Shown one piece after another: positions 33,798-38,350 of a DNA stretch of 38,350 nt. Each line of letters opens with the position of its first letter. Within the stretch, counting starts at the first letter, position 1. The DNA lies in IMG/VR virus record IMGVR_UViG_3300048855_000199, positions 1 to 38,350 of that record. The stretch is one strand, 5' to 3'. The translations under genes were made by a program, and so were the position numbers. This DNA is from a virus. Lineage: Duplodnaviria > Caudoviricetes. The notes under the pieces were generated by a model. The model made no database searches, was not told the DNA's origin, and saw only the letters and a program-made list of their open reading frames with translations.

Positions 33798-34433
33798 ATG
33801 CAACAGCTCAGCGCCACCAACCAACCCAGAAGACCACTGCCCTGCGCGGTCACCGACAGAAGAATGGCAGGAGGTCACGAGGTGATTGGGGTAGTAGACG
33901 CCGGCGCGATTGACCCGGTCGTTGAGGTGAAGAACTTCGCGTTCAAGGAGATTGCGCAACGCGGCCTTGATCCCAATGTCGTATTCGGCAAGTCGAGGGC
34001 ACATGCCGCAGCTGCGGCTCGCCATCGGGTGATCCGCGCAGCCTACAATGTGACAGGGCATTCTACGCGCACTGTCGGAAAGGCGTTCGGCGTGGACCAC
34101 GTCACCGTTCTGTATGCGCTCGGCAGGTATAGGCCTAAGAGCGCTGCACTCCGGCGAGCAGCGGACGCTAGCCTACGCAAGATGTCGGCGCGCGACTTCA
34201 TCGACAGCCCGCCGCAGCTGGCGCTGTTGCTTAATGGCGCACGTGTCAATCTCGCCGACGGCGACATCATCGACCGCCTACGGCATTTAAGATTATGTGA
34301 GGCCAATCGCGTTCCACATGAACGCCGCCGGGATCCCACCGCGCGGCGCGTTCCTGCCGAGCAGCGCATCGACGACATTGACGCCGCGATCCTCGCGGCC
34401 CGCTTCGTGCGGAGATTCGGACATGGCCACTGA
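33798..34433 (+). CDS. Protein with a DnaA domain IV (Bac_DnaA_C)-like HTH
   Basis: AAGGAG RBS; GKSR....AARHRVIRAAYNVTGHSTRTVGKAFGVDHVTVLYAL resembles the DnaA IG..FG.RDHTTV.HA motif. Confidence 0.75.
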   Translation: MQQLSATNQPRRPLPCAVTDRRMAGGHEVIGVVDAGAIDPVVEVKNFAFKEIAQRGLDPNVVFGKSRAHAAAAARHRVIRAAYNVTGHSTRTVGKAFGVDHVTVLYALGRYRPKSAALRRAADASLRKMSARDFIDSPPQLALLLNGARVNLADGDIIDRLRHLRLCEANRVPHERRRDPTARRVPAEQRIDDIDAAILAARFVRRFGHGH

Positions 34434-34560
34434 GCAAGGCGCGCTGGCCCTAATGGGGCTGGCCTTTTTCGCCGGGGGAGCGGCGGCGGTTGCGGTGCGT
34501 GCAGTCATCGATTGGTGGCAGGCGCGAAGCCGTCCTGCGGACCTCCACTGGGACGTTTGA
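34423..34560 (+). CDS. Small single-TM protein
   Basis: GGAG RBS; MATEQGALALMGLAFFAGGAAAVAVRAVIDWW. Confidence 0.5.
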   Translation: MATEQGALALMGLAFFAGGAAAVAVRAVIDWWQARSRPADLHWDV

Positions 34561-34596
34561 CCCGCGCGCCAAGGCGCGCTTGAGGGAACGAGTCCA

Positions 34597-34851
34597 ATGC
34601 AAAACTTAAGATTATGTGCGCGGCCCACCGCGCAAGACGAGCTCGTGCGCGTTCTCCGCTTGTGGCTCGATCGCCGCTACGAGCTTGCCGGCGAGCTCGT
34701 CCACGCGGAGGAGCTCGCTCCCCGGCTGTATGCGGCCAGCGTGGCGGCGATTGCGCGGGCTGAAGGCGCAAGCGCTCCCGCCACCTCGGCATCAAGCAAT
34801 CAAGCCGGCCGATACCTGGAAGCAAGGCGTCCGGCATCCGCAAACGCATGA
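34597..34851 (+). CDS. Hypothetical protein
   Basis: ORF in the rightward operon. Confidence 0.5.
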   Translation: MQNLRLCARPTAQDELVRVLRLWLDRRYELAGELVHAEELAPRLYAASVAAIARAEGASAPATSASSNQAGRYLEARRPASANA

Positions 34852-34867
34852 ATGGGACGGTAGAGAA

Positions 34868-35179
34868 ATGGTGACACAGGCTGAGACAGCACGGGAGACG
34901 CTGGCACGCCTGATGCCGGGCACGTGGCTCGCAACCAGGCTCCAGGCCGCAGACCCCATCCTGAAAGCCCTTCACCTCACCGACGCCGCCGCACTGGCGC
35001 TGATGGAGGATGAGGCTGAATACGAGGTGCACCAGAACGGCATGCCTGTCGCATTCGCTGGTGGCCCGCATGAGCAGGCATTCCGGGAAGCTATGCACTA
35101 CGCCGCCGTCTACGGCCAAGACGGACCCGTGCAGGTGGTCCGCGTCATCCCCATCACCAAGGACAATTCCAATGATTGA
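34868..35179 (+). CDS. Hypothetical protein
   Basis: ATG at 34868; overlaps the next start. Confidence 0.55.
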   Translation: MVTQAETARETLARLMPGTWLATRLQAADPILKALHLTDAAALALMEDEAEYEVHQNGMPVAFAGGPHEQAFREAMHYAAVYGQDGPVQVVRVIPITKDNSND

Positions 35180-35510
35180 CTGCAAGACCTTCGACTTGGT
35201 CGCCCATCTTCGCCGGCAACGTGAGTTCTCCTTAAAAACGTTCGGCCCCGGTGAGCGGACGGCTGGCGTTACCGATCATATCCGGAAGGAGCTTGGCGAG
35301 ATCGAGAAGTCGCCTCTCGACCTGACCGAATGGATTGATGTGGTCATGCTCGCTTTTGATGGAGCGTGGCGCGCCGGGTACGCGCCCGAGACGATCGCCG
35401 CAGCGCTTTCTGCCAAGCTGGCCAAGAACGAAGCCCGGAACTGGCCGGATTGGCGCACTGCCGACCCGAATAAGGCCATCGAGCACGTGAGGCTTCCCAA
35501 TGCCGAATGA
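35172..35510 (+). CDS. DUF550 (MazZ-like dNTP diphosphohydrolase fold)
   Basis: QREFSLKTFGP...DHIRKEL.EIE..P.DLTEWIDVVMLAFDGAWRAG...NEARNWPDWR....AIEH. Confidence 0.85.
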   Translation: MIDCKTFDLVAHLRRQREFSLKTFGPGERTAGVTDHIRKELGEIEKSPLDLTEWIDVVMLAFDGAWRAGYAPETIAAALSAKLAKNEARNWPDWRTADPNKAIEHVRLPNAE

Positions 35511-36063
35511 ACCCCATGCGCCCATAGGGGCGGAGATCGCGGAGCTGCGCACATTGGCCTTCTCCGAGCTGCGCATCGCGAACGTGCTGCGCCAGGCCGA
35601 ATGGTGCCCAGACCCCGATCAACAGCCGGACCTTTCGTTCCGCGGCAACGAGCTTGCTGGCGAGACCGGTGAGGCGTGCAACGTGATCAAGAAGCTGGAG
35701 CGGGCGCGCCATGGCTGGCGCGGCTCACTCGCTTCATATGAAGATCTGGCCGACGAACTGGCCGATGTCGTGATCTGCGCCGATTTGGTGGCGTGGCAAG
35801 CTGGCGTCGATCTCGGCGCGGCCGTGGTGCGGAAGTTCAACGCGACATCCAAGAAACAAGGCCATTCCGTCACCCTCGCCGAGCGCGGGCTTGCCGCAGG
35901 GGCCGGGGAGACGGACAGCCTGAAGACGCCAATCCATATGACCCGGATACCGATTTCGACGCCTTTTGCGCATGGAATGACGGCTGGGCGAGCATCGACG
36001 GGGAAGACGAATGAGCGACACGCCCATGACGCACATACCCGAGGGGTTGCCGGCGCTCGATGA
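35500..36063 (+). CDS. MazG-like nucleotide pyrophosphohydrolase (3' end uncertain)
   Basis: ELAGETGEACNVIKK...LADELADVVIC...KFN (EXXE...EXXD). Confidence 0.85.
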   Translation: MPNEPHAPIGAEIAELRTLAFSELRIANVLRQAEWCPDPDQQPDLSFRGNELAGETGEACNVIKKLERARHGWRGSLASYEDLADELADVVICADLVAWQAGVDLGAAVVRKFNATSKKQGHSVTLAERGLAAGAGETDSLKTPIHMTRIPISTPFAHGMTAGRASTGKTNERHAHDAHTRGVAGAR

Positions 36064-36799
36064 GCGGGCGCGGTTCACTGCATTCCTCGACGAGGCGGCG
36101 GCTCATTTTGAGAGCCTGCCCACTAATGGTGAGGACCGGGCGCACTGGGCGAACGTCACCAATGCCGCGACGTGCCGTAAGATCGCCGCCTATATCGCCG
36201 CCCTGCCAGCCGATAAGACGGATGCGGTCGGGGTGCCGGTGGCTGAAGTTTACCAGAACGGCACCCGTTTGTGTTGGACAAAAGCCGGACTGAGGTGGGA
36301 TTGGCCGGACGGCACGAAGCTCTACGCCGCCCCTCCCGCCCCGCAGCCCGAACCCGAGCCCGAGCCCGATATTTGGCAGCATCGCAGCCGGCTCAAGGGG
36401 AAAGGCGTACTTTGGAGTAGCTGGCGCGACGGCAGGATCCCGAAGAACTGGAGTTCGCCACAGTGGGAACATGAAGAGCGAGGGCTCTATCTTCTCCCGC
36501 CCGTCGCCCCGCAGCCCGAGCCGGCGGCCGACGCCACTCTGGCTGATCACGAGCGAGCTGTGCTCCTGAAAGCTCACGATGCGGAACGCCTGTCCCGCAG
36601 GCAGGCTGAGACGGAAACCGAGCGCCAGCGTAGCCGCGCCGAAGCTGCTGAGAAGGCGTTGGCGGAAGAGCGCGAGGCGTGCGCCCGGATAGCACGAGAG
36701 GCAGCCGACAACCCGCTGTTTGACCTCACGGCCCATCAGGCGGCCCAGGTGGGTGACTTCATATCCGCCGCCATCCTCGCCCGCGGAGGCCAGTCATGA
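36011..36799 (+). CDS. Hypothetical mosaic phage protein
   Basis: Coupled ORF with LYAAPPAPQPEP linkers and EEREACARIA...AILAR ending. Confidence 0.65.
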   Translation: MSDTPMTHIPEGLPALDERARFTAFLDEAAAHFESLPTNGEDRAHWANVTNAATCRKIAAYIAALPADKTDAVGVPVAEVYQNGTRLCWTKAGLRWDWPDGTKLYAAPPAPQPEPEPEPDIWQHRSRLKGKGVLWSSWRDGRIPKNWSSPQWEHEERGLYLLPPVAPQPEPAADATLADHERAVLLKAHDAERLSRRQAETETERQRSRAEAAEKALAEEREACARIAREAADNPLFDLTAHQAAQVGDFISAAILARGGQS

Positions 36800-37122
36800 G
36801 CTACAAGGGCGCATTGCCAGCAGAAGCCATCGGCCTTCGTCTTTATAGGCACGGTCGCGAAGACCTGATCCGCTGCGAAGCTGTCTACTTCGATCAAGGG
36901 CGCGATGGCGTTGACACGGTGCTTCGCCGGGCGGCGCTGGCCGGACGGGTAGAGGTTGGCGGCCATATCGAAAACCATTTTGCAGACGTGCTGGTCGATC
37001 GAAACGGTAGCTGGGCCGAGACCATTGCTCTAGACGCCGCATCCTACAGCGCTCTCAAGAACCTTTGGATGCGCTGCAAGGTCGACCAGCCGCGCGCCCG
37101 CGGAGGCCAACATGCCGAATAG
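36796..37122 (+). CDS. Hypothetical protein
   Basis: GGAGG RBS, ATGA coupling. Confidence 0.6.
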   Translation: MSYKGALPAEAIGLRLYRHGREDLIRCEAVYFDQGRDGVDTVLRRAALAGRVEVGGHIENHFADVLVDRNGSWAETIALDAASYSALKNLWMRCKVDQPRARGGQHAE

Positions 37123-37378
37123 CAAGACGCTGGTCAGTCGTCTGCGCGATCCGAATTTCGAGGGCGCATTTCAGCATCTCCGATCGTCCGATGATCTTGA
37201 CGCTCTTCACAAGGAAGCCGCCGACCGCATCGATGAGCTTGAGAAGGCGCTTCGCTGGTGTCGCCCGCGCCTATCGAAGGATGCGTACCGAACGCGTCTC
37301 GACAAGATGGTGCATCTCGCCCCGGCCCCGGCCCCGGATCTGGATGAGCCGCGCCTTGTGCACTCGGAAGCCCAATGA
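37112..37378 (+). CDS. Hypothetical protein
   Basis: GGAGG RBS; LVSRLR...EAADRIDELE pattern common in phage early proteins. Confidence 0.6.
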   Translation: MPNSKTLVSRLRDPNFEGAFQHLRSSDDLDALHKEAADRIDELEKALRWCRPRLSKDAYRTRLDKMVHLAPAPAPDLDEPRLVHSEAQ

Positions 37379-37380
37379 CC

Positions 37381-37632
37381 TCACTCCTCCAGCATCCCCG
37401 CCTCACAGGCGGCAGCGACGAAGGCGTCACGGGCTTCCTCAGCTGTCCCGCGCCCATCGACCGCAGCGATACAGGCCAGCGCCGCATTGCGGTGCAGAGC
37501 GGATCCGAAGAATTCCTCCGGCCATTCCTCGTAGAGCACCCTTGCGGCTTGCTGCACGGAATTCACCGTCAGCTCCGTAGCGCCACCGATCCATATCCGA
37601 ACGTCATCAAACCAGAGGCGAGGCATAGCCAT
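37381..37632 (-). CDS. DUF982-family protein (antisense)
   Basis: VNSVQQAARVLYEEWP...HRNAALACIAAVDG...ARDAFVAAACEAGML; start at 37632 or 37626. Confidence 0.75.
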   Translation of the reverse strand: MAMPRLWFDDVRIWIGGATELTVNSVQQAARVLYEEWPEEFFGSALHRNAALACIAAVDGRGTAEEARDAFVAAACEAGMLEE

Positions 37633-37897
37633 GAAGGATAGCACAGGCGCTGGCTGGCAGCCGATCGAAACCGCGCCGAAGGACAGGACAACGATCCTGA
37701 TCTTTAAGCCCGGAACTCTGTATAACGGAGAGCCGGCCCCCTGGTATGACGTCGCCCGCTGGGACTACGTCGACAACGATCAATCGGAAATGGGCTGGGC
37801 CAGTCAGGATGGTTGCCTCTCTTGTGTAGAGCCAACCCACTGGATGCCGTTGCCAGAACCGCCCGCCGGCCGTGCAGCTCTTACAGGGAAGGGGTGA
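37631..37897 (+). CDS. DUF551-family protein
   Basis: WQPIETAPKD...PTHWMPLPEPP. Confidence 0.85.
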   Translation: MKDSTGAGWQPIETAPKDRTTILIFKPGTLYNGEPAPWYDVARWDYVDNDQSEMGWASQDGCLSCVEPTHWMPLPEPPAGRAALTGKG

Positions 37898-37903
37898 GGC
37901 GGG

Positions 37904-38350
37904 ATGCCGCCTGACCACCGCAGTTCCCGAACGCCCATCTACCTGATCGGGATCATTGTCCTGCTGCTGTGGGCGGTGTTCACGGTGTGGCTTCTCCGGC
38001 CGGCTGCTGCCGGCGATCTCGTCATCGCGATAGACGGCGACACGTTGGCGGTGAATGACGAGCGCATTCGCATCATCGGCCTTGACGCGCCCGAGACATA
38101 TCAAGCCCACTGCCCGGCCGAACTGAAACTCGGTCAGCGGGCGACGAACTATATGCGGTCCATGGTCGCCGGCGGCGTCACGATCGAGCGTACCGGCCAG
38201 CGCGACAAATACCGCCGCAGCCTGGCGCGCGTCTATTTCCACGGCGAGGATGTCGCCTCCATCATGGTTCGCCAGGGCCTCGCCGTCCCATACGTTTGCG
38301 GAAGGCGCTGCGGCCGTCGTATCAACTGGTGCGAAAAGCTCGGAGGATAG
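37904..38350 (+). CDS. Thermonuclease (SNase) family protein with N-terminal TM/signal segment
   Basis: IDGDTL, RIRIIGLDAPE, DKYRRSLARVY and MVRQGLA motifs. Confidence 0.92.
   Translation: MPPDHRSSRTPIYLIGIIVLLLWAVFTVWLLRPAAAGDLVIAIDGDTLAVNDERIRIIGLDAPETYQAHCPAELKLGQRATNYMRSMVAGGVTIERTGQRDKYRRSLARVYFHGEDVASIMVRQGLAVPYVCGRRCGRRINWCEKLGG

Larger units (their letters stand above)
1..38350. mobile_element. Temperate HK97/lambda-like siphophage (or prophage) segment; no integrase or att site in the window
   Basis: Contiguous head-neck-tail, packaging, replication and CI/Cro-like immunity modules in lambdoid order. Confidence 0.95.

Noticed and set aside
35172-35510. Z-base (2-aminoadenine) genome pathway
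   Set aside because: No purZ, datZ or dedicated polymerase in the window

Overview
The whole 38.35-kb window is part of a temperate, HK97/lambda-like siphovirus (phage or prophage). Its GC-rich sequence and gene families suggest an alphaproteobacterial (Rhizobiales-type) host. The minus strand carries, from right to left: a Cro-position HTH gene; an RNA-guide array system; recombination/replication genes (Sak4-like ATPase, DUF669 SSB, DnaN clamp, Gp157, Cas4-like exonuclease, three DNA methyltransferases, SF2 helicase, Prim-Pol/helicase, VRR-NUC); a probable late regulator; HNH, TerS/TerL, portal, S49 protease, HK97 capsid, neck and tail genes; and a tape measure gene that runs off the left edge. 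The plus strand carries a CI-type repressor, an accessory operon (DnaA-CTD-like HTH, DUF550, MazG-like, DUF551, thermonuclease) and antisense morons. The main discovery is at about 30300-32490: a nuclease-less IS110/Nop-domain gene flanked by nine hairpin-embedded units with the RNA-strand pattern GCCA-N9-CG(C/A)AACCCA-N9-CGCC. This is a TIGR-TasA-like RNA-guided system with a split stem-loop array and an unknown 190-aa gene inside it. A second notable signal is that all three methyltransferases end in tmRNA-tag-like degrons (ANDN...AA). All family calls come from motif recognition by eye; no searches were run.
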